Assembly: GCA_963815195.1 (NCBI GenBank)
Contig: CAWFGE010000015.1
Coordinates: 480,001-544,000, forward strand
Length of the DNA: 64,000 nt
Source: an uncultured Planctomycetaceae bacterium
Lineage (GTDB): Bacteria; Planctomycetota; Planctomycetia; Planctomycetales; Planctomycetaceae
Direction of reading: 5' to 3'
A model generated the notes under the pieces. The model was not told the origin of the DNA, did not search any database, and worked only from the letters and a program-made list of their open reading frames with translations. This document shows, piece by piece, positions 10,511 to 20,924 of the stretch; the first letter of the stretch is position 1, and every line of letters starts with the position of its first letter. A program made the position numbers and the translations under genes.

Positions 10511-11629
10511 ATGCGAAAATGGTGTTTGACCTGCCTCTGTTTGTTGATGGCGATCGCGGCTTTTCGCGGAACGGCTTCGGCGAGGAACGGCGGCTGCTTT
10601 ACGTGGCGACGCCCGGGATTCGGAACTATCTGGAGTACGGCGGCCACGGGCTGCTGGTGTTCGACATCGATCGATGGCCACAGGTTCGTCAAGCGGATTC
10701 CGACCGGCGGCGTGGACACGAGACGGCACAACCGCTCAACGTCAAAGGCATCTGCGCTTCCGCCGAAGACCGGCTTGATCCATATCAGCACGATCACGAC
10801 GCTGATGTGTGTCGATCTGGTCACCGAAAAGTTGCTGTGGGAACGCGGATACGACAAGGGTTGCGACCGGATGGCCCTGTCTCCCGACGGGACGGATCAT
10901 CTATCAGCCGTCGCTGGAGCAGGACCAGTGGTACGTTCTCGATGCGGCCACCGGCGATGAGATCACCCGCATCACGCCCGACTCGCGGGCCCACAACACG
11001 GTCTATGGTCTTGACGGCAAACGGTGCTATCTGGCAGGGCTGGGGTCGCCAATCTGCTGTCGGTGGCGGACACGCACGAGCCACACAATCTCGCAGCAGG
11101 TCGGGCCGTTCTCCGGCAACATCCGGCCGTTCACGATCAACGGCAAGCAGACGCTGGCGTTCTGTCTGCGTCAACGAGTGTCTGGGCTTCGAGGTGGGCG
11201 ACCTCACGACCGGTAAGATGCTGCATCGTGTGGAGGTGCCGGGTTATCCAAACGGGGCCCGGTCAAACGCCACGGCTGCCCGTCCCACGGCATCGGCCTG
11301 ACGCCGGACGAAAAAGAGCTCTGGGTCTGCGACGCCTTCAACCAGAAGCTGCACGTGTACGATGCGACGGTGATGCCGCCGAAGTATCTGGAGAGCATTG
11401 CCTGCCGGGACCAGCCGGGCTGGATCACGTTCAGCATCGACGGCACGCTGGCGTATCCCTCGTCCGGGCGACGTGATCGACGTGGCGAGCCGGAAGATCG
11501 TCGCGACGCTTGACCGACGAGAGTGGGCCAGGCGGTCGGCAGCGAAAAACTGCTGGAAATCGACTGGGACGGACGAGAGGCCCGATTCGTGCCGGCAACC
11601 AGTTCGGCATCGGCCGCGTGACGAAGTGA
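10511..11629 (+). CDS. YncE/YVTN-like beta-propeller protein, broken by several indels
   Basis: Coherent fragments hop frames: 'LYVATPGIRNYLEYGGHG', 'GCDRMALSPDG', 'RAHNTVYGLDG', 'IRPFTING', 'HGCPSHGIGLTPDE'. Confidence 0.65.
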
Positions 11630-11861
11630 ATCCGCCCGCGGAATTCGCTTTGCGGACAGCGAACGGCTATACTATCACCCAATCCGCCCGCCGGCGGAAT
11701 TGTTCCCGACGATCGGATGAAGAATGAAAATCGCCGCTCGCTTCGCGGCCAAATCGCGACGGCTGCCCGCGACGGACGGCGTTTTGACCAAGACGTTCGG
11801 CTGTCCCTTTCGGATGCTATTCTGCAAATCCGGGAATCCTTAGAACTCGAGGAGCGATGAC

Positions 11862-13166
11862 ATGAAGCTTCGATCGACGGCGGTGGTGTGGAGTGTTCTG
11901 GCCGCGATGTTTGCGACCAGCGCAAACGCCCTGGATTGGCCGCAGTGGCGCGGCCCCAATCGCGACGGAATGGCGGCGGAGTTCCAAGCCCCCAAGACCT
12001 GGCCCAAGGAACTCAAGAAAGGGTGGAGCGTCCCGGTCGGCGAAGGCGTCGCCACGCCCGCGCTCGTGGGGGGCCGCCTGTATGTATTCGGCCGGGAGGA
12101 CGGGCAGGAAGTCGTCCGCTGTCTGAACGCCAATTCGGGCAAGGAAATCTGGAAGGACAAGTATGAATCCGGCGACGCGGACGGAGCGGCCGCCCGCTTT
12201 CCGGTGCTCGGTCCGCGAAGCTCGCCCGCGGTGGCGGACGGGAAAGTCGTCACCCTCGGCACGCGGGGAACGCTCTCCTGCTACGATGCGGACAAAGGAA
12301 AACTGCTCTGGCGGAACGATGAGTTTCACGCCTGGCCCCGGTTTTTTGTGTCGAGTTCGCCGCTGATCACCGATGGCCTATGCATTGCTCAATTGGGCAG
12401 CGAGCGCGGCGGCGGCATCGTCGCTTACAATCTCGCCACGGGCCAGGAAAAATGGAAATGGACCGGCGACGGGCCGGCGTACGGGTCGCCCGTGCTTGCG
12501 AAAATTGGGGACACCCAGGCGGTGATCGCCCCGACTGCGGGAAATCTCGTCGCCCTCGATGCGTCCAATGGAGACCTATTGTGGGAACAGCCCTACAGCC
12601 AGGGCCGATACAACGCCGCTACGCCGATCGTGGCCGGCCAGACCCTGATTTTCGCGGGGCCGACCCGCGGAATGACGGCGAAAAAACTCGTGGCCGGAGA
12701 CAAGAAACTCGCGGCCGAAGATCTCTGGAGCAACCCCGATAACTCCGTGATGTACGACACGCCGGTTGACAAGAACGGCCTGCTCTTCGGTCTGTCCAAC
12801 TTGAACAGTCTGTTCTGCATCGACACCCAGACCGGCAAGACGGTCTGGAACGCTCCCGTGAATGCTCAAGCCGAGGCCGGGAACAATCCGCAGCGACCGC
12901 AAGGCGGTCAACAAGGCCGAGGCCGCCGAGGACGGCGCGGCGGCGGCGGTAGCGGAGGGTACGGCTCGGTCGTTGCGGCCGGGGACGTGCTTTTGGCGCT
13001 GACTCCCGCGGGTGAACTGATCGTCTTTGAACCGAGCGATCAGGATTTTAAACAACTCGCCCGCTATAAAGTGGCCGACGGAAACACCTACAGCTATCCC
13101 GTCGTTTCCGGAAACCGGCTGTTCATTAAAGACAAGGATTCGCTGACGCTTTGGACGCTGCAATAG
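11862..13166 (+). CDS. PQQ-like (BamB-type) beta-propeller protein
   Basis: Signal peptide, 'DWPQWRGPNRDG', repeated SSP/W motifs, 'YSYPVVSGNRLFIKD'. Confidence 0.88.
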   Translation: MKLRSTAVVWSVLAAMFATSANALDWPQWRGPNRDGMAAEFQAPKTWPKELKKGWSVPVGEGVATPALVGGRLYVFGREDGQEVVRCLNANSGKEIWKDKYESGDADGAAARFPVLGPRSSPAVADGKVVTLGTRGTLSCYDADKGKLLWRNDEFHAWPRFFVSSSPLITDGLCIAQLGSERGGGIVAYNLATGQEKWKWTGDGPAYGSPVLAKIGDTQAVIAPTAGNLVALDASNGDLLWEQPYSQGRYNAATPIVAGQTLIFAGPTRGMTAKKLVAGDKKLAAEDLWSNPDNSVMYDTPVDKNGLLFGLSNLNSLFCIDTQTGKTVWNAPVNAQAEAGNNPQRPQGGQQGRGRRGRRGGGGSGGYGSVVAAGDVLLALTPAGELIVFEPSDQDFKQLARYKVADGNTYSYPVVSGNRLFIKDKDSLTLWTLQ

Positions 13167-13654
13167 GCGCTTCGTTGATACGGGCGAATCAGAAACCGTC
13201 CTGATTCGTGTTTCCCGCCGCCGGGTTTCCTGGCGCTGGGAATCCGGCACTGCATGACTTTCAAATCGGTCCGATCGTACCAGCCGTTTTTTGCCCAAAA
13301 CCGGGAGCCGTCCTCGTTGTCGGCATAGACGAAGAGGCTGCATTTGGCGATTCCCAGCGCTCCCAACTTGGCGAGGCAGCGGTCCACGAGGAGTTTGCCC
13401 AAACCCTGCCCGCGAGCGTCCGCGGCGACCGCGAGATGATGCAAATAGCCCCGCCGACCATCGTGTCCGCACAAGACGGCCGCGAACACGCGGCCTTCCC
13501 GGCGGACGACGAGGCTCAATCCCGGATTGCGCTCGAGGTATGCCGCGAGTTCGTCCGGGGTGTCGCCCTCGCTCAAACCGACGCCCGGCATATCCCGCCA
13601 GAACGCCAGCACGTCCTCGCAGTCGGAAGCGGTCATTTCCACAGGCTGTGTCAT
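13094..13654 (-). CDS. GNAT acetyltransferase, YpeA-like
   Basis: 'YLERNPGLS', 'LCGHDGRRGYLHHLAV', 'RGQGLGK'; ORF tail runs through a repeat and may be over-extended. Confidence 0.85.
   Translation of the reverse strand: MTQPVEMTASDCEDVLAFWRDMPGVGLSEGDTPDELAAYLERNPGLSLVVRREGRVFAAVLCGHDGRRGYLHHLAVAADARGQGLGKLLVDRCLAKLGALGIAKCSLFVYADNEDGSRFWAKNGWYDRTDLKVMQCRIPSARKPGGGKHESGRFLIRPYQRSAYCSVQSVSESLSLMNSRFPETTG
13185..13242 (+). repeat. degenerate ~58-bp direct repeat, copy 1
   Basis: CGAATCAGAAACCGTCCTGATTCGTGTTTCCCGCCGCCGGGTTTCCTGGCGCTGGGAA aligns with 13729-13785. Confidence 0.75.
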
Positions 13655-13728
13655 GTTTTGTGTCCATCCACAGAGCAGGATTTCCCCCAAATCCCGATAG
13701 ACAACCGCGAGCGGAAAAGGTTCGGGTG

Positions 13729-13785
13729 CGAATCAGAAAACGTCCCGATTTGTGTTCCCAGCTCCGGGTTGTCCGGCGCTGGGAA
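13729..13785 (+). repeat. degenerate ~58-bp direct repeat, copy 2
   Basis: CGAATCAGAAAACGTCCCGATTTGTGTTCCCAGCTCCGGGTTGTCCGGCGCTGGGAA. Confidence 0.75.
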
Positions 13786-13797
13786 GCGGGCGCTGGA

Positions 13798-14698
13798 TTA
13801 GCCTTTGGGCGGAGCGGACTCCTGGCGGGGGGCGAGTCTGAGGAACTTCTCGTCCACATCCACGTTCAAGCCCTTCGGCGGAATCGGCAATCGGAGCGTC
13901 CACAAAATGGACTGCCCCATCAGCCGGCGGTATTCCGGCCGGCGCCAGTTCTCGTGAAAATGCCCACCGCTGAAGCCGGCGGACCGCCCGCCGTCCGTCC
14001 GGTCCCACGCCCAGGCGACGGTCTCGGTCTTGCCGTCGATCGGCACCTTGATGAGCGGTGTAACCTGCTGCGGCGCCTGGGGGAACTTCAAACGGTAATA
14101 GAACTCTTCGCGGATCGGGAACGATTCGATTCCTCGCAGGATGGGATGATCGGACGCGGGCTTTAAGGTGGCCTCGACGACTTTGAATTTGCGGTCCGGG
14201 CCGCCGTGGCAGCCGCCGAAGAGGGCGATGTAATCGCGGATATATTCCGCGTCCCGGCAGCCCATCCCCCAATGCAGGCACACCAGCCCGCCGCCGCGTT
14301 TTGCGAGCCGCTTGAAAGCCGCGAGCCGCTTAGGTTCCGAGCCGACCCACTTTGCGCCTTCGGAGAGGAACACGACCACGCCGTCGGCTCCATCCAACAG
14401 TTCCGGCCCGCCGGTCCAGGGATCATCCGCCTGAACGACGATGGTTTTTAGGCCGGGAACATCGTGGAGACACGCCGCCATGATGTGCGTGCCGGCCATG
14501 TATTCGTGCGTGGACCACGGGTGGCCGTCCGGCTTTTGCCCCAGCAAAAGCAGTCGTTTCACGGTCTTTGTGTTATTGGAGTTTTGCCCCGGCTCTTCCG
14601 CCGGGCATTGTCCGGCGAACGTCATCCAGCTCAACAGAACAAGCCCAACCCGCGCGGAAAACGCGGCTGGCTTGGATCCCGCGACTTTTCATGGCCAT
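13798..14698 (-). CDS. ThuA-like domain protein (frameshift in signal region ~14635)
   Basis: 'KPDGHPWSTHEY', 'GGGLVCLHW', 'EEFYY', 'GGRSAGFSGGHFHENW'. Confidence 0.8.
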
Positions 14699-14889
14699 CC
14701 CCTTCATTTGCAGCAAGCAGAACCAAGATCCGCCAAACCCGCGCGGCGATTTTGGAAAAAATCCAAAATCCCGGCGGTTTCTTGTACGAAAACCGGCGAA
14801 AACCCGCACTCTTAGGAGTGGGCGCGATCGTGTTTTGTCGATTGCGGCGGTCCTATCGAAACCACGGAATGAAAAGAACAGGTTAACAC

Positions 14890-17214
14890 ATGCCTTATAA
14901 TTCACCAAACCCGCCGGGCCATCCCGAGGATCCGAAACACCTCCGGCTGACGCTGCGGACTTTACTCGCGTATCTGGACGATGTACTCGAACCGGCCCAG
15001 GCCCGCGAGATCGGGGCGAAGATTCAAGAGACGCCCTATGCCTCGCAGTTGGTCGACCGAATCCAAGAGGTCCTTCGCCGGCGGCGGGTCGCGGCTCCGG
15101 ACCTCAAAGGGCCGGGTTCGGGACTCGACCCCAACACCGTGGCCGAGTATCTGGACAACACGCTCTCCGCGAAGGCGGTGCCGGACGTGGAGCGGGTGTG
15201 CCTGGAATCCGACGTGCACCTGGCCGAGGTCGCGGCGAGCCATCAGATTTTGACGATGGTGCTCGGCGAGCCGTTGCACGTCAGCGCCGAAAGCCGGGAG
15301 CGGTTGTATGCTTTGATTCCCCAGGCCCTCGCGACGAAGTCCCCGCAAAGTCACCTGGAACCCGCCGCCTCGTCTCACACGGCCCCGGACGTTCCGAAAG
15401 CCGCCGCGGCGGCGACCGCTTCCCGGACCGAAGCCGTGCACGCGGCGAGCAACGGCGGCGGAGCGGGCGCCGCGAAACCGTCCGGCCGGTTTTCCGAATC
15501 GATCCCGGATTACCTCAAACCCAAACCGCTTTGGAAACGGGCTTTGGTCCCGGCGATTGTCGTGCTGGTGTTTTTGGGTTGGCTGGGGTTGATCGTGTTC
15601 GATCCGAGCCTGTTGGGAACTTCCCGCACGGAGTCCGAATCGCCACAGGTCGCCCAAACCGATCAAAAGAAAACCGCCAAGTCGGTCAATCCGCCGGCCC
15701 CGGCCAAACCCGAACCAAAAACCAACAAGCTCGTGGCAAATCCCAACCAGAACCCCCCGGCCAACCAGATGGCGGAACAACCGGCGGTTCCGGAGACGCC
15801 CATCCAAATCGATGAGCCCGCCCCCAAAGACATGAAGGAAGAAAAGGTTCTCGCCAAGGCGGGCACCCTGAAACCGGTGCCCGGCACCGCGGAAAAAGTT
15901 GTGCCCGAACCGGTCGAGCCCCCCGCGAATCCGAAAAGCGGCGAGCCTTCCGAACCGATCGCGAATAACGAGCCGCCCGAAAACCCCGCCGCCAACCCGA
16001 TCCCCCAAGGCCCGCGCGTGTTGTACACGACCAAGCCGGCCAACACGGTCACGAAAAGCGGAATGCTGCTGCGTTATGACGACGCGAAACAGGAATGGGG
16101 CACGATGCTGCCGCGGGCGTATGTGATGCTCGGCGAACCCCTGGCCTGCCCGGAACCCTTGGACGCCGTCTTCAGCGTGGGGCAGACGGATTGCGACGTG
16201 ACCTTCGTCGGCGGAACGTTGGCGAGTTTTCGCGCGGGAAAGGACCCGGCCGCCTTCGCGCTCAAGCTCGATGAGGGCAAGGTGGTCTTCGCCCGGACCG
16301 GGGACAAGCCCGAGCCCGTCACAATCAATGTCATCGTGGGCAGCGACGTCTTGCAACTGGAACTCGTGGAGCCCGGCAGCCGCTGCGGACTGGAAATCCG
16401 TCCCAAGCTGCCCAACCAGTTCGAAAAAGGCCTCGGCCCCGATTGGTATGAAGGCAGACTCTGGGTGCAAGCAGGCCAGGTCCGCTTGCAGGACCGCAAC
16501 AAGCAAACGCAGTTCGTCGCCGCCCAGCAGGCCGTGGATCTGACGCCCCGCACCCCTGCGCCCAATCCACCGGCCGCGGCTCCTGTGATGGTGGAGATGG
16601 ACGCGATCCTTCCCGATTGGCTCAATCCCACCGGCCGCGACTTTCTGAAGCTCCACGCCCAGTACGTCCGGCAACTCCACGCGGCCTTCACCGACGCCGA
16701 CATCGAATCGGACGTGACCATGGTGCTTCTGCCGTTGGCGAAAGACGACCGAACGCCTCCGCAAGTGGCGGTGATGGCAGCGAAGACGTTGGCTATGACG
16801 GGCTGCCTCCGCGACGTGGCGGAACTGCTCTCCCTCTCCGCCGCCACGCCGATGGAACTCCGCGAGGCGACGATCGACGGCATTCGGCATTGGCTGACTT
16901 TGCATCCCACCAAAAAAGAAGGCGAGCTTCTGCGAAACCAGCTCCGGCGGAACTTCCACCAGGACACCGCCGATATTATCTACCGCTTAATGTGGGGCTT
17001 TCGCAAAACCGATCTCCAAAACAAAAGCGAAGCCTTGACCGTGGTGGATTGGCTCGACCACAACGACCTCACCGTGCGGACGTTGGCTTTTCGGATCCTC
17101 TCCAATCTCACGGGCCACACCAACAACTACCGCCCGTTCGACACCGCCAGCGGGCGCCGCCTCGCCGTCCAACGCTGGCGCGAGGAAGTCAACGCAGGGA
17201 AATTGTTTAATTAA
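14890..17214 (+). CDS. conserved planctomycete-type bitopic membrane protein
   Basis: 774-aa ORF; 'RLTLRTLLAYLDDVLEP' N-domain, one TM, Pro-rich linker, beta-rich then helical C-domain. Confidence 0.7.
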   Translation: MPYNSPNPPGHPEDPKHLRLTLRTLLAYLDDVLEPAQAREIGAKIQETPYASQLVDRIQEVLRRRRVAAPDLKGPGSGLDPNTVAEYLDNTLSAKAVPDVERVCLESDVHLAEVAASHQILTMVLGEPLHVSAESRERLYALIPQALATKSPQSHLEPAASSHTAPDVPKAAAAATASRTEAVHAASNGGGAGAAKPSGRFSESIPDYLKPKPLWKRALVPAIVVLVFLGWLGLIVFDPSLLGTSRTESESPQVAQTDQKKTAKSVNPPAPAKPEPKTNKLVANPNQNPPANQMAEQPAVPETPIQIDEPAPKDMKEEKVLAKAGTLKPVPGTAEKVVPEPVEPPANPKSGEPSEPIANNEPPENPAANPIPQGPRVLYTTKPANTVTKSGMLLRYDDAKQEWGTMLPRAYVMLGEPLACPEPLDAVFSVGQTDCDVTFVGGTLASFRAGKDPAAFALKLDEGKVVFARTGDKPEPVTINVIVGSDVLQLELVEPGSRCGLEIRPKLPNQFEKGLGPDWYEGRLWVQAGQVRLQDRNKQTQFVAAQQAVDLTPRTPAPNPPAAAPVMVEMDAILPDWLNPTGRDFLKLHAQYVRQLHAAFTDADIESDVTMVLLPLAKDDRTPPQVAVMAAKTLAMTGCLRDVAELLSLSAATPMELREATIDGIRHWLTLHPTKKEGELLRNQLRRNFHQDTADIIYRLMWGFRKTDLQNKSEALTVVDWLDHNDLTVRTLAFRILSNLTGHTNNYRPFDTASGRRLAVQRWREEVNAGKLFN

Positions 17215-17468
17215 CTCAAACTGTAAGCGTTTGGGTGGCTGGGGCGCAAATCCGGCTTGGAATAGGGCTTGAACTGCGAATGCTGGGGCTGTGGCCGGGC
17301 GAGAAAAATCTCACACGGCCCCAGGCCTCAAATCTCCTTTTTCCTTGGACCATTCCTTTGCGCCCCACAAACCGGGGCTCGCCTGGGCTGTTAAAAAATT
17401 GGTATTGAAGTCTAAAAACGCGGGTTCTGGCTCGCGCCACCTGTGTTCTCGTTTTTTTTGGAAAGCAT

Positions 17469-17646
17469 TCGGGCCGAAGGCCCGGCTCTATGTCATCCCA
17501 GGGTCAGCCCAGGGCCAGCAGCGCCGCCCTGGGTTACGGATGATCAATGAAACGCAAGCCCCAAAGGGGCGGCCCGATGTGGCAGCTCTTGCCACGGAAC
17601 AAGGCATTGCGTATTTCCGATTTCGGGCCGCCCCGTTGGGGCTTTG
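17469..17646 (+). repeat. ~200-bp MITE-like element, copy A (3'-truncated)
   Basis: GGGCCGAAGGCCCGGCTCTATGT...GCGCCGCCCTGGGTTACGGATGAT...GCCCCAAAGGGGCGGCCC shared with 28620-28818 and 55049-55283. Confidence 0.85.
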
Positions 17647-17653
17647 TTTTCAA

Positions 17654-17723
17654 GAGCCGCGGACGAAGTAAGCGGTTTTCAGGGACTCAGACAACGCAAG
17701 ACCGCTTACTTCGTGCGCGGCTC
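17654..17723. repeat. inverted pair of the GAGCCGCGCACRAAGTAAGCGGT family
   Basis: GAGCCGCGGACGAAGTAAGCGGT ... ACCGCTTACTTCGTGCGCGGCTC. Confidence 0.85.
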
Positions 17724-17878
17724 AGGCATTTTTGGAAGTACTCAAATTTGAAACAGTTGAATTTACGAACGGTCGAAAAGCTGCGCAAAGTCAAATCGTC
17801 GTCAACACCAAATTTTTAACGGCCCAGCGTCGCGCCCTGCGGCTAATGAATTGCGATAACGACTCCCGGAGGAAATCT

Positions 17879-18640
17879 TTAGCGAGCCAGCCAGCCGCCG
17901 TCGATGACCACAATGCTCCCGTGCATGTAGTTGGAAGCGTCAGACGCCAGGAACACCGCGAGCGGGGCGATCTCATCGGGTTGCCCCCAGCGGCCGGCGG
18001 GAATCCGATCCAAAATCTGCGGCCCGCGGACGGGATCGTTCCGCAGTCCGCCGGGCGGGTCCGTGTCGAAATAGCCCGGGGCGATGCAGTTGACGTTGAC
18101 GCCCCGCGCCGCCCAGGCCGTCGCCAAGGATTTCGTGAGCCCCGCGATGGCGTGCTTGGCGGCGGTGTAGGCGGGGATGTGCCAGCCGCCCTCGAAGCTC
18201 AGCACGGAGCCGATGTTGATGATCTTCCCCCGGCCCCGGCGGAACATGTGCGGCGCCGCTTGCTGCGCGAGATCGAAACTCGCATTCAAATGGATTTCCA
18301 ACAAATACCGGAACCGCTCGTCGGCGTAATCTTCCGGGGGAAAGCGTTCGCAGATGCCGGCGTTGTTGACGAGAATATCGACCGGCCCCAGCTTGCCGGC
18401 GATTTGATCGATCAGCCCCCGCCTTTGAGCCGGGTCGCCCAAGTCGGCCCGCAGATCCAAAAAGCCCCGCCCGCAGCTTTCCACCAACTCCCGCGTCTCG
18501 TCCGCGGTTTCCCGGCGCGAAACATTCGCAATATCCGCCCCCGCTTGAGCCAATCCCCAAGCGATCGCCTGCCCCAACCCGTGGCTGGCTCCCGTCACCA
18601 AGGCCACCCGGCCTTCGAGTTTGAACTGATCGAAAATCAT
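17879..18640 (-). CDS. SDR oxidoreductase, 2-dehydro-3-deoxy-D-gluconate 5-dehydrogenase (KduD)-like
   Basis: TGASHGLG, NNAG, YTAAK, 'NCIAPGYF', 'IPAGRWG', 'IDGGWLAR'. Confidence 0.85.
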   Translation of the reverse strand: MIFDQFKLEGRVALVTGASHGLGQAIAWGLAQAGADIANVSRRETADETRELVESCGRGFLDLRADLGDPAQRRGLIDQIAGKLGPVDILVNNAGICERFPPEDYADERFRYLLEIHLNASFDLAQQAAPHMFRRGRGKIINIGSVLSFEGGWHIPAYTAAKHAIAGLTKSLATAWAARGVNVNCIAPGYFDTDPPGGLRNDPVRGPQILDRIPAGRWGQPDEIAPLAVFLASDASNYMHGSIVVIDGGWLAR

Positions 18641-18663
18641 CGGCTCCCGGTCTTTCTTTCGAA

Positions 18664-18749
18664 AGGCGAGCGGGAGGTGTCAGCCTCCCGGTGACACGGA
18701 TCGACCCGAAACTCCACGAAACCGGGAGGCTGACACCTCCGGCTCGCCT
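18664..18749. repeat. REPIN-like inverted pair, GGCGAGCG family
   Basis: AGGCGAGCGGGAGGTGTCAGCCTCCCGG ... CCGGGAGGCTGACACCTCCGGCTCGCCT. Confidence 0.85.
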
Positions 18750-18757
18750 GCACGGTT

Positions 18758-19228
18758 TCAGGCGGCACGCTGGTCTTTTTCGTGATCGCGCACTACCGCG
18801 GCGATCTGGTCGGGCGGGCGATTGATCAACCGCGCGATCTCATCGATAGAATAACCGGCTCCGGCCAGATGGACCACCATCCGCCGCTGTTCGGGAGGCA
18901 GCGGCGAAGTTTTCCCGGTCCGTTCTTCGAGCAGCGTTTCCAGCCGCACGATTTCGCGGTCCGCCTCGGCGATGAGTTGATCGAGCATCGTCATCGTGGT
19001 TTCCACGCGGGCGGCCACGTCGCGGTCGTAATCGTGCAGCCGAACTTCCATCTGTTGGATCTGAGATTCGGCGGACCGCTGCTTTTTTTGAAGCTCCGAT
19101 TGCAGTTCCTTGGACACATCCCGATTCCGGGACCGCCGACTGCGCACCGCCGAGCTTCGCAGCATCAGTGCCGACCACACCATCAGCCCCAAAAAAATCA
19201 GGTTCGGCCCCGTGAGGAATTTTTCCAA
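18758..19228 (-). CDS. hypothetical membrane-anchored coiled-coil protein with C-terminal HTH-like segment
   Basis: TTG start after GGAGG, N-terminal TM, coiled coil, 'LAGAGYSIDEIARL'. Confidence 0.6.
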   Translation of the reverse strand: MEKFLTGPNLIFLGLMVWSALMLRSSAVRSRRSRNRDVSKELQSELQKKQRSAESQIQQMEVRLHDYDRDVAARVETTMTMLDQLIAEADREIVRLETLLEERTGKTSPLPPEQRRMVVHLAGAGYSIDEIARLINRPPDQIAAVVRDHEKDQRAA

Positions 19229-19273
19229 ACCGCCGCCTCCATGCGAGTTTGCGTGTTGCCAGTTGATCGTCTT

Positions 19274-19344
19274 GAGCCGCGCACGAAGTAAGCGGTTTTT
19301 TAACAATTCGGAGATCGCAATACCGCTTACTTCGTGCGCGGCTC
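19274..19344. repeat. inverted pair of the GAGCCGCGCACRAAGTAAGCGGT family
   Basis: Perfect 23-bp inverted arms around a short spacer. Confidence 0.85.
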
Positions 19345-19387
19345 AGTCGTTTTAACGACTGAATTCAAATTCGTCATTGGTGCTTGG

Positions 19388-20671
19388 TCATTGGTCATTA
19401 TGATCGTGGTGCGTGTCGTGGTCGTGATGATGATGGTCGTGGTGGTCGTGATCGTGGTGCTGCGACTCCGCGGGGGCAGGGCAGGGGACTCTGCGGGGAA
19501 GGTTTTGCGGATCGAATGCGGACTCGGCGGTGCGGTAGATTTGACGCAGCGGGACCCCATGCTCGGCGGCGAGCTTCGCGCAGTCGTCGAACTCCGGGGT
19601 GAAGATCGGCTCGTCGCCTTGCCTCCATCCGAGCTTGCCCCGCACCGGGCCCCAGACGGTTTCGACGGTGTGCTCTTCGCGGGTGCGTTTGGAGCGCTGC
19701 ATGAGATGCCTGCGAACGCCGAAGGTCGCGGTTTCCTCGAACAGAATCGATTCCAAACGCTCCACGTCGCCGGGACTCGCGATGACGCTGAGCAAAACGC
19801 CGGGGCGGTCTTTTTTCATTTGGATCGGGATCGTGTAAACGTCCCGGGCCCCGGCTGCGAAGAGTTTTTGGCGGGTGTAGCCGATGATCTCGCCGGAGAC
19901 ATCATCGAGGTTCGTTTCCAGGACGTAAATCTGGTCGGATTCGCTGGAGAGGGCGGCGGTGCCCACGAACATCCGCACGAGGTTCGCCCGCTGCGGAAAG
20001 TCGCGGGTTCCGGCTCCGTAGCCGATGCGTTCGATCGTCATTTCGGGGAGCGGGCCGAAGCGGTCGGCCAATGTGGTGACGATCGCGGCCCCGGTGGGCG
20101 TGGTGAGTTCGGAATCGATCGGCACGTCCGCGAGTGGAATGCCTTTCAAAAGTTCCGCCGTCCCCGGCGTGGGGACCGTGCAGATGCCATGATCGATCAC
20201 GACTTGCCCCCGGCCCGTCGGCAGCGGGCTGCAAACGATTTGATCGGCCGCCAAGAGGTCAAATCCGATCGCCGCCCCGACGATGTCCACGATCGAATCG
20301 ATCGCCCCAACTTCGTGGAAGTGGACTTCTTCGATCGACATCCCGTGGACTTTGGCCTCGGCCCGGGCGACGGCTCCGAAGATGCGTTTGGCGAGGTCTT
20401 TTTGCGGCGGGGTGACGGCGTCCGCGCGGTCGATCAACGCGTGCACGTCCGAGAGATGCCGATGCGCGTGCTGTTCGGGATGCTCCACGCGGACATGGAT
20501 CGCCCGGAATCCGCCTTTGATGACGGTTTCCGTCAGAAGCAGGACGCCCTCGAGGCCCATCGAATCGATCCCCGCGCGGATCGCGGCCGCATCGACGCCG
20601 GCGTCGATGAGGGCTCCGAGGGTCATGTCACCGCTGATGCCGGTGGAGCAATCGAGATAGGCAATCCGCAC
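19388..20671 (-). CDS. larC: nickel pincer cofactor biosynthesis protein LarC
   Basis: 'GISGDMTLGAL', 'VHFHEVGAIDSIVDIVG', 'ELTTPTGAAI', 'LETNLDD', 'MKKDRPG', 'PEFDDC', His-rich tail. Confidence 0.92.
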   Translation of the reverse strand: MRIAYLDCSTGISGDMTLGALIDAGVDAAAIRAGIDSMGLEGVLLLTETVIKGGFRAIHVRVEHPEQHAHRHLSDVHALIDRADAVTPPQKDLAKRIFGAVARAEAKVHGMSIEEVHFHEVGAIDSIVDIVGAAIGFDLLAADQIVCSPLPTGRGQVVIDHGICTVPTPGTAELLKGIPLADVPIDSELTTPTGAAIVTTLADRFGPLPEMTIERIGYGAGTRDFPQRANLVRMFVGTAALSSESDQIYVLETNLDDVSGEIIGYTRQKLFAAGARDVYTIPIQMKKDRPGVLLSVIASPGDVERLESILFEETATFGVRRHLMQRSKRTREEHTVETVWGPVRGKLGWRQGDEPIFTPEFDDCAKLAAEHGVPLRQIYRTAESAFDPQNLPRRVPCPAPAESQHHDHDHHDHHHHDHDTHHDHNDQ

Positions 20672-20790
20672 GGAACATTTTCCTTTGGGATCAAAGGCTT
20701 GGGGCGGGCGTGGTTGGCACTCGCGAGATTCTATCGGCAGGCTGTGCGCAAACCAAGATCAAATGCGGTGATCGCGAGGGCGGGGGACCA

Positions 20791-20893
20791 GGCGAGCGGG
20801 GCGTCGGCCCGGGCGTCGGCCCCATGATCGTTTTGAATTGGGAACCACTTTGTTCGTTGGATGTGATCAGCCAGCTTACGCTGGCCGCTCGCC
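20791..20893. repeat. REPIN-like pair, GGCGAGCG family
   Basis: GGCGAGCGGGGCGTCGGCCC...CCCCATGATC ... GATCAGCCAGCTTACGCTGGCCGCTCGCC. Confidence 0.75.
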
Positions 20894-20924
20894 GAAAACT
20901 GTTTTGGCTCGGGAAGCCGCTCGG

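Noticed and set aside
10511..11629. Several small genes
   Set aside because: The fragments join into one beta-propeller protein across multiple indels.
14962..16959. Long antisense ORFs (also 1882-3411, 6969-8528, 24021-26261, 50046-51455)
   Set aside because: Shadow ORFs of high-GC genes on the opposite strand with no protein-like motifs.
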